Of a stretch of DNA of 64,000 bases, positions 52,359 through 63,200 are shown piece after piece. Under the pieces are notes generated by a model. That model searched no databases and was not told the origin of the DNA. It saw nothing but the letters and a program-made list of their open reading frames with translations. A program made the position numbers and the translations under genes. The stretch covers positions 128,001-192,000 of the forward strand of contig CAVQJC010000005.1 in assembly GCA_963712745.1 (NCBI GenBank), in the 5' to 3' direction. How positions within the stretch are numbered: position 1 is the first letter of the stretch; the number at the start of each line of letters is the position of its first letter. The DNA comes from an uncultured Chloroflexia bacterium (lineage in GTDB: Bacteria; Chloroflexota; Limnocylindria; Limnocylindrales; CSP1-4).

Positions 52359-53772
52359 CGGCGTCTCGAACTCGGTCCAGCTCACTCGCGAGCTCGGCGT
52401 ACACGAAGTCTCGTGAGAGCACCCTGGAGGCGGTCTCGTGCAGGAGCAGGAGACGCGAGTGGTCAGGACGCTCTGACAGGGCTCGCGCGACAAGTGTCGA
52501 GAATGCAGCCCAGTCCGACGCGATGAGGCAGAACCTGCGGAGCTCGAATCCGATTCCCTCTGCGCCCGTCGGGAAGGAAACCACCGTTCGCAGGTGCGCA
52601 AGAGCCTCGACCGTCTTGATCTTGAGCCCGGAGCCTGCCTCCGCGGGGTTCACGACCACGCGGGCATCGCGGTAGGCCCGGTCAAGGCTCTCGGGTCGCC
52701 CCAGGCGCACGACGCCGGGCTCGTCGCCTCGAAGGTCATCTCCGATCGATCCGGCGACGCAGAGGGTCGCGCCCGGGACAAGCCGAAGTACCCGCGGCCA
52801 AGCTTCACGAAGGAACCCGGCAAGCCCCATCCGGTTCAGCGGATTGCCCGATCCCACCACGAGCACGACCGGCTCTCTCGGCCACGGCCCGATCGCCGAG
52901 ACTGGAAAGTCGACGCCGGTCGTTATGACACGCGCACGCGGGGAGAGGCGGCGAAGCCCGTCCGCCTCTTCGGGCTGGATGGCGATGACGATGTCGGCGT
53001 CGGCCAGGAGGATCGATTCCTGCTCGGCACTCATCGAGAGATGATCATCGATGCCCTCGGGCGGTCGCGCCGAGAACACGTCGTGTGTGTCCACCATGCG
53101 AACCGGACCTGCTCCGAGAAACGGCAGCGCCCTGGTCATGAACACATAGGTAGACATGAGCACAGCGGGCTTCAACTGCTGCTCAAGCACGCGGAGCACG
53201 TCAACCAGGATGTCCGGACAGTAGGTCTTCGTGGTGCGCTCCAGGCCGTCCGCACCGGCCACGCGCTCCAGTCGGCGGTCTTCATGTGCCCGCACGGTGT
53301 GACCGTCCAGGCGCGACAGGGCCGCGGATACGGCGGCTTCCTGGGTTCGCACGACAACCTCCCCATCCCGGCGAACGAGGGCGGCCTCGGGATGGCGTCG
53401 GAACAATTCGCGGGCTTCGTGTTCGGTGGGCTCCTCCCCCTCCAGTGGGCAGCAGACCAACACCACCCGCCACCCCTGCTGACGTAGCCATCGCAGCAGG
53501 CGATCCTGGCGGACCTCGTTGCCCGCACGCGGCGACCACGCCGGCACGTGCGTCCAGCAAAGGATGACTGGCGCCGGCTGAGGCTCTCTGTCGTGCGGCC
53601 GTGGCGGAACTTCGATGGCGTGGACCTTCAGGGCCCGTCCCAGGGCCGCATGCCGGTCATCGTCCCCAAGGTCTTGCGGCATCCGACAAACCTCCGAGCG
53701 CCTCGCAGGCTCGAGGCGAGCCGCGAGTAGCACACTGACCAGGTTCTGAAGCTCGGCCACGCTGGTCCCCAC
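52348..53772 (-). CDS. GT4-like glycosyltransferase
   Basis: PRAGNEVR, VDTHDVFS, IAIQPEE, VVNPAEAGSGLKIKTVEAL. Confidence 0.82.
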   Translation of the reverse strand: MGTSVAELQNLVSVLLAARLEPARRSEVCRMPQDLGDDDRHAALGRALKVHAIEVPPRPHDREPQPAPVILCWTHVPAWSPRAGNEVRQDRLLRWLRQQGWRVVLVCCPLEGEEPTEHEARELFRRHPEAALVRRDGEVVVRTQEAAVSAALSRLDGHTVRAHEDRRLERVAGADGLERTTKTYCPDILVDVLRVLEQQLKPAVLMSTYVFMTRALPFLGAGPVRMVDTHDVFSARPPEGIDDHLSMSAEQESILLADADIVIAIQPEEADGLRRLSPRARVITTGVDFPVSAIGPWPREPVVLVVGSGNPLNRMGLAGFLREAWPRVLRLVPGATLCVAGSIGDDLRGDEPGVVRLGRPESLDRAYRDARVVVNPAEAGSGLKIKTVEALAHLRTVVSFPTGAEGIGFELRRFCLIASDWAAFSTLVARALSERPDHSRLLLLHETASRVLSRDFVYAELASELDRVRDAARR

Positions 53773-53991
53773 TGCTGAGCAACATGGCTGATCCTGACAG
53801 GGTATCCCGTATGGGCCACGAAACGACGCTTCGCGGGTTGTGTGGATGAGTAGCAGTCTTCAGCCCTGCCCTATCGTCTCTGCTATGGAACTGACGAGCG
53901 CCGCGGGTGCCAAGGACTTGTTGCGGCCACTCCTGGGGGCCAACGGGTGGCTGCCATGGGAGAGTGGCGCTGACTGCGCGAGGTGGCATCG

Positions 53992-55626
53992 ATGTCGATG
54001 ATCAAGCGCATATCCCAGCGACGAGCACCCCCTGGCAGCCGCCGCACACCCATCACGGGCCGAAGGCCTCCGCTTGCCGACATCGTGGAGTCGGATCCGA
54101 GGCTCACCGGGATGCTCCAGGACCTCGACATCGAGCTGGTCTTCGCCTTCCTCAAGCATCCGGTCAAGGTCATCGGGACGCAGGCGGAGACGCTCTTCCC
54201 CGAGGTTGACGAAGGAACGCACCAACGGTTGCGCCAACGACGTGCCTACCTGGTGATCGATCAGAGCAACGAAGGCTATCGGCACGTTGCCGAGTTCTCC
54301 GAGCTCCTGCACGCGTGGTGCCGGCTTCGCGCTGTGCCTCCGTCGACCCTGCTCTACGTGACGGCAAACACTGCGTACGCCCGCCAGTACCACGAGTGGT
54401 GCGATGAGACCAATCAGGCCGAGCGCATATCGCATCTCCATTTCAATGCGTATGTCCACGAGGTGGCGCTGGCGAACTCGATGATGCCTGAGACGGCGGA
54501 CGGAACACGGCTGCTGCACCGCCATCCGCGCACGCACAGGTTCCTGAGCTTCAATCACGCCCCACGACCTGAGCGGATCCTTCTCGCTGCCCAGTTGCTG
54601 AGCGTCGATCCACCCGATGCCCTCGTATCCCTCGGCACTGGCAAGGGCACCATCGCAGCCGCCGCATCGGTCAAGCAGGCGATGAAGCGCTATGGCCGTG
54701 GGCGACTGCTGCGTCAGCACCGGGGCCTCTTCGGCCGACTCGAGTTCGATGTCCTCCAGTCGCGTACGACACTGCCCGAACCGGAACCCACCCGAGGTGA
54801 GCCGCTCTACCGGGACTTCGCGCTGCAGGAGTACGCGAGAAGCTACGTCAGTGTCGTGACTGAAACAGAGATGACGGGAGGGAGTATCCGACGGGTCACC
54901 GAGAAGACGGTCAAGCCTTTCCTCTTCGGTCACCTTGCCGTCTTGGTGGGCAATCCCGGAGCGCTGGACCTGGTCCGAGGGATGGGGTTCAGCACCTTTC
55001 ACCCCATCATCGATGAGGGCTACGACAAGATCACTGATCCTCTTGACCGCCTCTGTGCGGTGATATGCGAGGTCGACCGACTACGAGGCATCGGGGTGAC
55101 CGAGCTTCACGCGCGCTTCCTGGAGCTCGAGGAGGTCAGGCGAGCGAATCTCCGCCTGGGACACGATGTGCTCGCGCGCCGCCTGGCAGCCGAAGCATGC
55201 AGCGCAGTGACACGCCGTCTGCTCGATGGAGCGCCGGAAAGCAGGATCCTCCTAGGCGACTGCTCCGCGGGAGCGAGAGATGTCCTTGGCCATCTCGTAC
55301 AACTGAACGTCGAGCCGGTTCAACTCTCGGAGCCTTGCGAGAACGTGCGGGTCGATGCTGTCGAGAGCAGGTCTCTTGCGGTTCACGTTCGTCCGCGGCA
55401 CCGAAGGCAACGCCCGTCCGGTGATGCGCTCGATGACCGGCCCGCTCGTGTCCAGCTCGTCGGTCACGAGCACTGTGGCGAAGTCACGATCTATGTGCAC
55501 CACGGCCTCGTCCAGCAAGTCGTCCGGGCAGTCGCCGAAGCGGAGCCCTGCTCGTGCTGCGATGTTGCGGGTCATCCCATTGTCGACGGCAAGCCGCCGC
55601 TGCCCGAAGACCCAGTCCTCCAATGA
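53992..55626 (+). CDS. Hypothetical protein with a GT-B-like VTET..TEKT.KP motif; 3' end overlaps the opposite-strand gene
   Basis: FLSFNHAPRPER, VSVVTET, VTEKTVKPF, GFSTF..IIDEGYD...DPLDR. Confidence 0.65.
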   Translation: MSMIKRISQRRAPPGSRRTPITGRRPPLADIVESDPRLTGMLQDLDIELVFAFLKHPVKVIGTQAETLFPEVDEGTHQRLRQRRAYLVIDQSNEGYRHVAEFSELLHAWCRLRAVPPSTLLYVTANTAYARQYHEWCDETNQAERISHLHFNAYVHEVALANSMMPETADGTRLLHRHPRTHRFLSFNHAPRPERILLAAQLLSVDPPDALVSLGTGKGTIAAAASVKQAMKRYGRGRLLRQHRGLFGRLEFDVLQSRTTLPEPEPTRGEPLYRDFALQEYARSYVSVVTETEMTGGSIRRVTEKTVKPFLFGHLAVLVGNPGALDLVRGMGFSTFHPIIDEGYDKITDPLDRLCAVICEVDRLRGIGVTELHARFLELEEVRRANLRLGHDVLARRLAAEACSAVTRRLLDGAPESRILLGDCSAGARDVLGHLVQLNVEPVQLSEPCENVRVDAVESRSLAVHVRPRHRRQRPSGDALDDRPARVQLVGHEHCGEVTIYVHHGLVQQVVRAVAEAEPCSCCDVAGHPIVDGKPPLPEDPVLQ

Positions 55627-56847
55627 GATCTCCTCGCGGAGGATGCGGGCCTGTTCCTCACGGGCATCGCCAGCTCGTCGGACCCCAGGGATGGGAAGTC
55701 GTCTGAGCCACATGCGTCGGAGGTGCAGGTAGTGGTAGTAGAGGGAAACGACCCGCTCGACCGGATCGCGGATGACCGTGATGTAGCGGAATGGCCGTCC
55801 GAGCCCCTTGTGGAGTCCGTAGCGAAAGTGACCCATGACCAAGCGGAGCCCGATGCGCCGTTCGGCTGACAGCTCCCCGAATTCGTCCTGTCGAACGGCG
55901 AGTCGGAGGTCGGCAGGGTCGTAGATGAAGACCCGCTCATGGTCGGCATACGCGCGCGAGAGTGAGCGGCGAAGGGACGTGCCGCCAGTCTTGGCGATGT
56001 GCATGAACAGCAGCGTGCGGTCACCCACAGCGATGTCGTGGGCGTGGCGGGCCGCGCGGAGACGTCGTGGCCGCGCCGCGGCCGACGGTAACGGCTTCGT
56101 CGAGGCGCGTGGCTCAGACACCGCGTGCACCGAGGCGACAGACTCTGCTTCTCGTTCCGCGAGCTTTCTGAAGAATGCGACGTCGAGTCGATTGAGCTCC
56201 GCGAGACGATCCCTGGCCCGACCATCCAGGCTCCCGGGCAGCGAGCGTTCAGTGCCCGCGTTCACTCGTCCGAGCGGGGGGACCTCCACGCCGACCAGTC
56301 GGGTGAGTGTGCGTCGGGCCTCAGTCATCCGTCCAAGCACCATGACGGCATCGAACGACGCCTCGACGTGCTCGAGGGCCTCTTGAAGCATGTCATCGGG
56401 ACAATCGCCGAATGGGCGCGCGTCCCCGCCCGCGATGAGCCGCACCATCCCGTTGTTGGCTCCGACCGGCTGCACATGGTCCAGCCACTCCAGGATGGAT
56501 GGCTGTTCGGCGGACGCGTCCGCACCATCGACTCCCGCTCGATACATCGACAGGACTCGGCCGAGCGGGTTCCGAATGGTCGTCACGTATCGCGATGGGC
56601 TCGGCACATGCTCGTGCAAGCCGTACGAGAACTCGCCGATGACAACGCGAGGACGCGCCCTGACCGACTCAGGGAGCGATGCAAAGCTGCCTGGCTCCGT
56701 CGCGCCAGGTACCTGCGACGGGTCGTAGAGCAGCTGACACTCCTCGGGTCGGCAGACCGCTGTCAGCGCCGCACGGATGGATCCCCCGGCCGTTCTGGGG
56801 ATGTGCAAGTACAGGAGCGTACGTCGTCGGTCACTCACGACATCCAT
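55252..56847 (-). CDS. Tandem two-domain sulfotransferase (Sulfotransfer_2-like)
   Basis: LHIPRTAGGS..IRNPLGRVLSMY..LNRLDV and MHIAKTGGTS..GHF..IRDPVERVVSLY..LNRLDV. Confidence 0.88.
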   Translation of the reverse strand: MDVVSDRRRTLLYLHIPRTAGGSIRAALTAVCRPEECQLLYDPSQVPGATEPGSFASLPESVRARPRVVIGEFSYGLHEHVPSPSRYVTTIRNPLGRVLSMYRAGVDGADASAEQPSILEWLDHVQPVGANNGMVRLIAGGDARPFGDCPDDMLQEALEHVEASFDAVMVLGRMTEARRTLTRLVGVEVPPLGRVNAGTERSLPGSLDGRARDRLAELNRLDVAFFRKLAEREAESVASVHAVSEPRASTKPLPSAAARPRRLRAARHAHDIAVGDRTLLFMHIAKTGGTSLRRSLSRAYADHERVFIYDPADLRLAVRQDEFGELSAERRIGLRLVMGHFRYGLHKGLGRPFRYITVIRDPVERVVSLYYHYLHLRRMWLRRLPIPGVRRAGDAREEQARILREEISLEDWVFGQRRLAVDNGMTRNIAARAGLRFGDCPDDLLDEAVVHIDRDFATVLVTDELDTSGPVIERITGRALPSVPRTNVNRKRPALDSIDPHVLARLRELNRLDVQLYEMAKDISRSRGAVA

Positions 56848-57656
56848 CTCGCGTGGAGCGCGGGGAACCGCTCGACCATGAGATCGAACAAACGGGCATC
56901 GAGATGGTTGAGCTCAAGGAGGCGCCGACGCAGTGCAGGTTCCAGCGATGTCACGGGCTCGCGCCCCGAATTGGCATTGACCCGCGGAACGGAGGGAAGC
57001 GGCCGACCGACGATGTGCCCGAGGATCTCCGCGCTCTCCCGCATGCGCCCGCGGATGAGTACCGCATCGAAGTACTCGTCGATGACCGCGATCGCTTGGC
57101 TTAGCATCTCATCCGTACAGGCTCCGTACTCGACGGGCGGGTGGCCCAGCAGCTGGCGCAGCATCCCGTTGTCGACCTCCCGGCGACCCGCGTCGAATGC
57201 CCACTCCTCGAGCGTGAGATCACCGCGACTGATGGCGGCGTGCTCAGACGCTTCGCGGCTGCCCGGGGGAGGTGATGCGCGAAGCTTGAAGTGGAAGTAC
57301 AGCGACGCCACCCGGTCGACCGGGCCGCGGAGCATGGTCACGTAGCGTGCCGGACGAGGGATCGCGGAATGGATGCCGAAGGCGAAGTGGCCCATGACCA
57401 GGCCGAATCCTGCCCGCTGTCTGGCTGGCAGCTGGTCGAACTGGCGGCGGCTGACCGCACCCGCCAGTTGGGAGCCGTCGTACACGTACGACCTCGCGGC
57501 AGGCTCGTAGAGCGTCTCGAGCGCATGTCGAAGCGAGGTACCGGCGGTCTTCGGGATGTGCATGAACAGCAGCGTCGGCCGCCCCGCTGTCGGTGCAGCC
57601 GGAGGCACGTCATCGGCGTCTCCATCGCTGGATCGATGCGCCGCCGCGTCCGTCAT
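56835..57656 (-). CDS. Sulfotransferase (Sulfotransfer_2-like)
   Basis: FMHIPKTAGTS, VMGHF, LRGPVDRVASLY, LNHLDARL. Confidence 0.9.
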   Translation of the reverse strand: MTDAAAHRSSDGDADDVPPAAPTAGRPTLLFMHIPKTAGTSLRHALETLYEPAARSYVYDGSQLAGAVSRRQFDQLPARQRAGFGLVMGHFAFGIHSAIPRPARYVTMLRGPVDRVASLYFHFKLRASPPPGSREASEHAAISRGDLTLEEWAFDAGRREVDNGMLRQLLGHPPVEYGACTDEMLSQAIAVIDEYFDAVLIRGRMRESAEILGHIVGRPLPSVPRVNANSGREPVTSLEPALRRRLLELNHLDARLFDLMVERFPALHARWMS

Positions 57657-57724
57657 ACTCACACGATACGACAGGCGAGAGCGCGAACGCCGACGCTCCT
57701 CTCGCCCAAGCCGCAACAGGATCA

Positions 57725-58567
57725 ATGCACGAACCGGCCACCCAGTCCGTCATCAGCAAGATCAGCCCTCCGAACCGCTGGCCGGGTCTCGGTCTCCGTG
57801 AGCTATGGAGGACAAGGCGCGTCCTGTTCGTGCTGGCCCGGCGGCAGTTCATGGCGCGGTACAGCAACGCCATCCTCGGCGTAGCGTGGGTGCTGCTGGA
57901 GCCGTTCCTGCTGACGGTCATCATCACGGTCCTGCTCGGGATGGTCCTCGGCAGAGGCGATCGCTACGGCCTTCCGTTTCCCGTCTTCATCTTCATCGGG
58001 TGGCTCGGCATCCGCGTCTGGAGCCGAGTCGTAAGCCAAGGCAGCTCCAGCATCCGCAGCAACGGCACGCTCGTGGAGCGCGTGTTCCTGCCTCGTGCGT
58101 TCTTCCCGCTGTCGGTGGCATTGGTGAGCCTGGTCGACTGGTTCTTCATGGTGCTGGCACTCTTCGGCCTGCTGATCTGGTATGGCATCGTGCCCGGCGT
58201 AGGCATGTTCACGCTGCCTCTGTTGCTCTCGATCTTGTACGCATTCGGCCTCGGCCTTGCGTTCCTCTTCGCCGCATCATCCCTGAGCTTTCCTGACGTG
58301 GAGTTCGTTCGCGGGCTCTTCGTCCGCGCCTGGTTCTGGCTGTCGCCGGTCATCTACCCGAGCACGATGGTGCCGGAGCAGTGGCGCAACCTCTACTACC
58401 TGAACCCGATGGCAGTGGTCATCGACGGGTTCCGCTGGGCCTTCGCTCAGGGTCCGGCGCCGCCACTGCAAGAGTGGTTGATCGGGGGCGCGAGTGCGGC
58501 GGTCGTCCTAGCGCTCGGGTATGTCTACTTCCGGCGGCGCGAGCCGTACTTCGCGGATCTGCTATGA
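57725..58567 (+). CDS. wzm: Polysaccharide ABC exporter permease
   Basis: LRELW, ARYSNAILGVAW.LLEP, LSPVIYP, LNPM...IDGFR. Confidence 0.92.
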   Translation: MHEPATQSVISKISPPNRWPGLGLRELWRTRRVLFVLARRQFMARYSNAILGVAWVLLEPFLLTVIITVLLGMVLGRGDRYGLPFPVFIFIGWLGIRVWSRVVSQGSSSIRSNGTLVERVFLPRAFFPLSVALVSLVDWFFMVLALFGLLIWYGIVPGVGMFTLPLLLSILYAFGLGLAFLFAASSLSFPDVEFVRGLFVRAWFWLSPVIYPSTMVPEQWRNLYYLNPMAVVIDGFRWAFAQGPAPPLQEWLIGGASAAVVLALGYVYFRRREPYFADLL

Positions 58568-59352
58568 CAGCGTCCACGACAAGTGACACGCGGGCGATCC
58601 TCGCCCGCGGACTGGGAAAGCGGTACCGGGTCAGACGCGCACGCAGCCGGTCTCCTTCTGGCGATGCTGACCCGGCCGAGCAGGACGGCAGGTCCGAGAA
58701 GGGCAGCCGCTGGTTCTGGGCGCTGCGCCACGTGGACTTCCAGGTCCGCCGCGGGGAGATCTTCGGGGTCATCGGGCGGAACGGCTCCGGCAAGACGACG
58801 TTGCTGAAGATCCTCGCGGGTGTCACGAGCCCGACCGGGGGTTCGGCGGAGATGCGCGGCCGTGTCACGGCGCTGCTACAGGTCGGCGCCGGCTTCCATC
58901 CCCAGCTCACCGGCCGCGACAACATCGCCCTGAATGGGGCGATCATGGGCCTGAGCGCCAATGAGGTGCGCGAGCGCTTCGACGAGATCGTGGCCTTCAG
59001 CGAGATAGGGCGGTTCCTCGATGAGCCGGTCAAGCACTACTCCAGCGGCATGTACGCTCGCCTCGCATTCAGCGTGTCCGCCTTCCTGCCCGCCGAGATC
59101 ATGCTCGTGGACGAGATCCTCGCGGTGGGCGATGCCGCCTTCAAAGAGAAGGCGGAAGCACGCATGTCGGAGACGCTGAATGACGGTAGAGCGGTCGTCT
59201 ACGTCGGCCACGACATCGCTTTCGTGCGCTCGAACTGTGAGCACGCGCTGGTGTTGGACGCCGGCCGGGTGGTATACGACGGGGCTGCGAACGCGGCGGC
59301 CGACTACTACCGAGACGAGATCGTGCGGCGCCGGCCGGGGAGTGCGAGGTGA
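58564..59352 (+). CDS. wzt: Polysaccharide ABC exporter ATPase (no C-terminal carbohydrate-binding domain)
   Basis: FWALRHV, GRNGSGKTT, GAGFHPQLTGRDN, YSSGMYARLAF, VDEILAVGD. Confidence 0.93.
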   Translation: MTASTTSDTRAILARGLGKRYRVRRARSRSPSGDADPAEQDGRSEKGSRWFWALRHVDFQVRRGEIFGVIGRNGSGKTTLLKILAGVTSPTGGSAEMRGRVTALLQVGAGFHPQLTGRDNIALNGAIMGLSANEVRERFDEIVAFSEIGRFLDEPVKHYSSGMYARLAFSVSAFLPAEIMLVDEILAVGDAAFKEKAEARMSETLNDGRAVVYVGHDIAFVRSNCEHALVLDAGRVVYDGAANAAADYYRDEIVRRRPGSAR

Positions 59353-60206
59353 GGCTGAGAAGCCCCCGCAACGACTGCCTCAGGCGACTCGAGCAGCCGC
59401 CGATCCCGCTCGTCTCCCAGACGCTTGACATCGCTGTCCTGTGGAGCGCGAAGGCAGGGTGCACGTTCGCCGTCAAGTGGATCTACTTCCAGGAGGGCGT
59501 CCTTGACGAGGCCCTCGACTATGCCTACTGGCCGCATCAGTACCGCCAGCACGTCTTCTACAAGCGAGAGGCCTATGCCGAGGCGCTTCACAGCATCCCG
59601 TCACTCGGGCCTCGAGCCATCAAGTTCGTGCGCAACCCATTCGACCGGGCGGTGAGTGCGTACCTCGCGTTCTGTCAAGCGGCGGCGAACATGAGCTTCA
59701 CCCAGCACCCGAAGGTCCTAGAAGCGATCGGGAAACATCTCGGCCGACCCGTCGGCCGAGGCGAACTCTTCTCCTTTCGGGAGTACGTGAGCTTCCTGGC
59801 GTCCGTGGACCTCGATGTCGCCGACATCCACATCCGCCGCCAGGTCCATCCCTGCGAGGCCATCGAGGCCCTGCCGGATATGACCGTGCTGCGTGTCGAG
59901 GACAGCACGGAACGGCTTCCCATTGTGGAGGATCAGCTGGGTCTGCGCCGTAGCGATCAGCGATATCTGCGCCGATCGCAGCACCACACCGAACGCCTGA
60001 CGAGCGCTGCGTTCGCCGGCGATGAACGGTTCGGCGAGACGGTCGGTGTGCCGGTAGCCCCAACGGGTGCGTTCTTCGATGATGAGCTGGTGGCAGCAGT
60101 CTCCGACCTCTACGCGATCGACATCGAGTCATACGGCTACCCGGCACCCCAGACGGGCCCCGAGGACGTCAAGCTCCTGACGCCGATCCGATCCGCGAAG
60201 CGATGA
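59349..60206 (+). CDS. Sulfotransferase (Sulfotransfer_2-like)
   Basis: WSAKAGCT, KFVRNPFDRAVSAY, HIRRQ, YAIDIESYGY. Confidence 0.85.
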   Translation: MRLRSPRNDCLRRLEQPPIPLVSQTLDIAVLWSAKAGCTFAVKWIYFQEGVLDEALDYAYWPHQYRQHVFYKREAYAEALHSIPSLGPRAIKFVRNPFDRAVSAYLAFCQAAANMSFTQHPKVLEAIGKHLGRPVGRGELFSFREYVSFLASVDLDVADIHIRRQVHPCEAIEALPDMTVLRVEDSTERLPIVEDQLGLRRSDQRYLRRSQHHTERLTSAAFAGDERFGETVGVPVAPTGAFFDDELVAAVSDLYAIDIESYGYPAPQTGPEDVKLLTPIRSAKR

Positions 60207-63200
60207 TCGATCCGACGACCGCCGCGCTGTTGCGCTCACGTATCGCCTTGTACCCGGCGGTGCCAAGGTGTGCGCGCAGATCGACGTCGGCTCGCAAGCG
60301 CTCCAGCCACCGCGCAGCGTCGTCGATATCCGGCTCCGCCCACCGCTGCCCGGCTTCGTAGGGCCCGCGGGTACGCTCGAGCTCCACGAGACGGTAGGCA
60401 ACGCATGCCGCCGTACCGTCACTCGTGAAGTCCATGTTCCCAGACCAGCCAGTGGCAACGACAGGGACGCCCATCGCCATCGCCTCTGCCATCGGCAGGC
60501 CGAAACCTTCGGAGCGGTGGAGCGATACGAAGACATCGGACCGTGCGATGAGCGAATCCATCTCGGCCCTGGAGAAGACATCGACGATGATGCGGATGTT
60601 CGGACGACCAGCGACCCGGGCGCGCAGCATGGAGACCTCTCTGGCGCCGGCAGAATTGACCTTCAAGACGAGCATCACGCCATCGTCGTCTGGGTCGAAC
60701 GCGCGCGTGAACGCGTCGATGGCACCCTCAGGGTTCTTGCGTTCCATGACGCTCTGCGTGTCATACATCGAGAGGAAGAGGGAGGCGTCCTCCGGCAGTC
60801 CGAAATACCCCCGCTCTCGGAATGGGCCGGTCGGAGTACGCACCACGTGGGGCACCACGTGAACGGGAACCGGTGCGACCGCAGCTACGGCCTCGCGAAC
60901 GAACACTGACGGCACCCAGACTTCCTCGACGAGGGAGAAGGAGCCGTGCCAAGCTTCCGGGAACTCGGGCAGTTCCCAAGTCCAGTAGCCGATGTTGCGG
61001 CGGCCGTCCCTGAGCCCTTCGGGCATGTGCTGCAACGCACGCGGAAGGACGTCGGCGTTCACGTGGATGATGTTGGTGTGGAAGACCGGATCATCCACGA
61101 TCTTGTGAGACCAGCTGGTATCGCCGAATCGCGCCGGACTGCCGAACATGTGGTCGATGGCGACGAACGGCACGTCCGCCTCGGTCAATGCGAGGGCATC
61201 TCCACGAACAGCCTCGCCGAGCCCCATCTCGGCTCGGAGGTATCCCACGAGGTTCACCCCATCCGAGGGTGAGACACGACGTGCCGAATCCTTTCGCGCA
61301 GATACGCGGCCCCAGTCCAGGCTGGCATCGGGGCGATCCTGGGCGAGGTTGGGATTGTGGTGGGGATCCCCGCGTTCGAGCAGGTCTGACCAGAGCTCCC
61401 AAATACGGTTCTCGTCGAGTGAATAGTCGATGCCGGAGCGTGACTGGCTCTCCCGATGAACCAGGCGGCTGCGGGGCTCAACCAGCAGTCGCCTGCCGGT
61501 CCGAGCGATGCGGAGACACAGGTCGACGTCGTTCCCCGTCACCGCAAGGCTCTCATCGAAGCCGTTGACCTTGTCGAAGACCGCTCGCCGCACCATGAGA
61601 CACGCTCCGGTCAGCGATGTCACCTCCCGCGTTACGTGCTGGAGGTCGAGGTAGAGGCCCTGATCCGGATCCATGCCATGAAACAGATGTATGGCACCAC
61701 CTCCGTGCCCCACCAGGAATACTCCGAGGTGCTGGACGGTGCCATCCGGGTAGGTCAGGAGCGACCCTACGGCGCCGACCTCCTCTCGCAACGCGTGCCG
61801 CACGAGACCTGTCAACCAGTCCGGATCACGAACCTCGATATCGTCGTTGAGGAAGAGGAGCATCTCGCCCTTCGCGAGACGCGCTCCGTCGTTGTTGAGC
61901 TTCGCCCAGTTGAACGGTTCGTCACGTTCGATGATGGTGACGTCCTCGCCGCGAAGGAAGGCGATGCCATCAGGGTGGTGTCCGCGGCTGTTATCGACGA
62001 AGATCAGCTCGATGTTCTGGTAGGAAGTCCGATGGAGTGAAGCCACCGTCTCCGCGACGAACTCCAGACGCCCCGTCGTCGGGATGATGACCGAGACCAG
62101 GGGCTCGGCAGTGAGAGGCCACTCGACAGAGCGGACGACATCATCCGGTCCCACGTGCACGGTCCGGACGTCCGCAGTCACCCCCAACTCGCCGAGGATG
62201 TCGACGACAGCGTCGAGCTCAGCTACCGCATCGGCTTCTGACGGGTCTCCCAGCGGACGTGACCAGAGAACCGCTGGCACGTGAGCGATCGCCCCGCGTG
62301 CGGCAGATAGTCGAAGTAGCAGCCCGTATCGCCATGATCGTGGTGGGGACTCAACAGATCGAGGTAGGGCGTCCCGCAGTGCTCGACCGTCACGAGCGAG
62401 GTAGAAGCCGCCGACGTAATCCTGCGAGAGGAAACGGTCTGGGGACCAGTCGGGGACGAACCAGGGCCTGACGTGCCGCCCCGTGTCGTCGATCGAATCG
62501 TGGTCGGAGTAGACGACCAAGGGATCGGCCACTGCATCTTGCGCCACCATCTGCCAGAGCGCCGCCGGGGCGAGTCGGTCACCCGCTTCGATGAACCCGA
62601 CCATACGGCTCGGTGCGACGTCGTCGGGCAACGCCTCGTGCAGGATCGACGAAACAGTGGCCCGGAGTCCGGTCGAGGCCAATACCGTTTCCGCCTCGCG
62701 CACGGAGGCCCGATCGACGACGATCTCGCACGACAGCGACGGATACCCCTGCTTCCGGATGGACCTCAGGCTCCCACCTAGCTTGTCGAGGTCTCGAGCG
62801 ACCACGACGATGTGAACGTCAGGGGTGCCCCGCCTCTTGAGGGAATCGGCCAAGTGATGTATCTCGCCATCGGTCGGGAGCGCGCGCTCCCAGTAGTGGT
62901 GGTAAAGCGAATCCGGACGGACGCGCCGAAACGAACTGATGAGGACCCGCGTCGCTCCGCGTGGGTCTCGAAGGACGACCTGCAGGGATCGCTTCCCTGG
63001 CTCGATGTCACGGAGCGATACGCGCGCGCTGAACCCGCTGACCGCAGCTTCTTCGGACTTCCGGTTGGCCATCCCGACATCAGGTCGCGGCTGACCTGTG
63101 ACGCAGTCAGCGACGTGCCTATGGTCGATGTAGACCGTGCCGCTCACCTGCGAGCCAGGCGAGTACGCCCACCCTGCGACCAGCATGTGGCCCATCGCCT

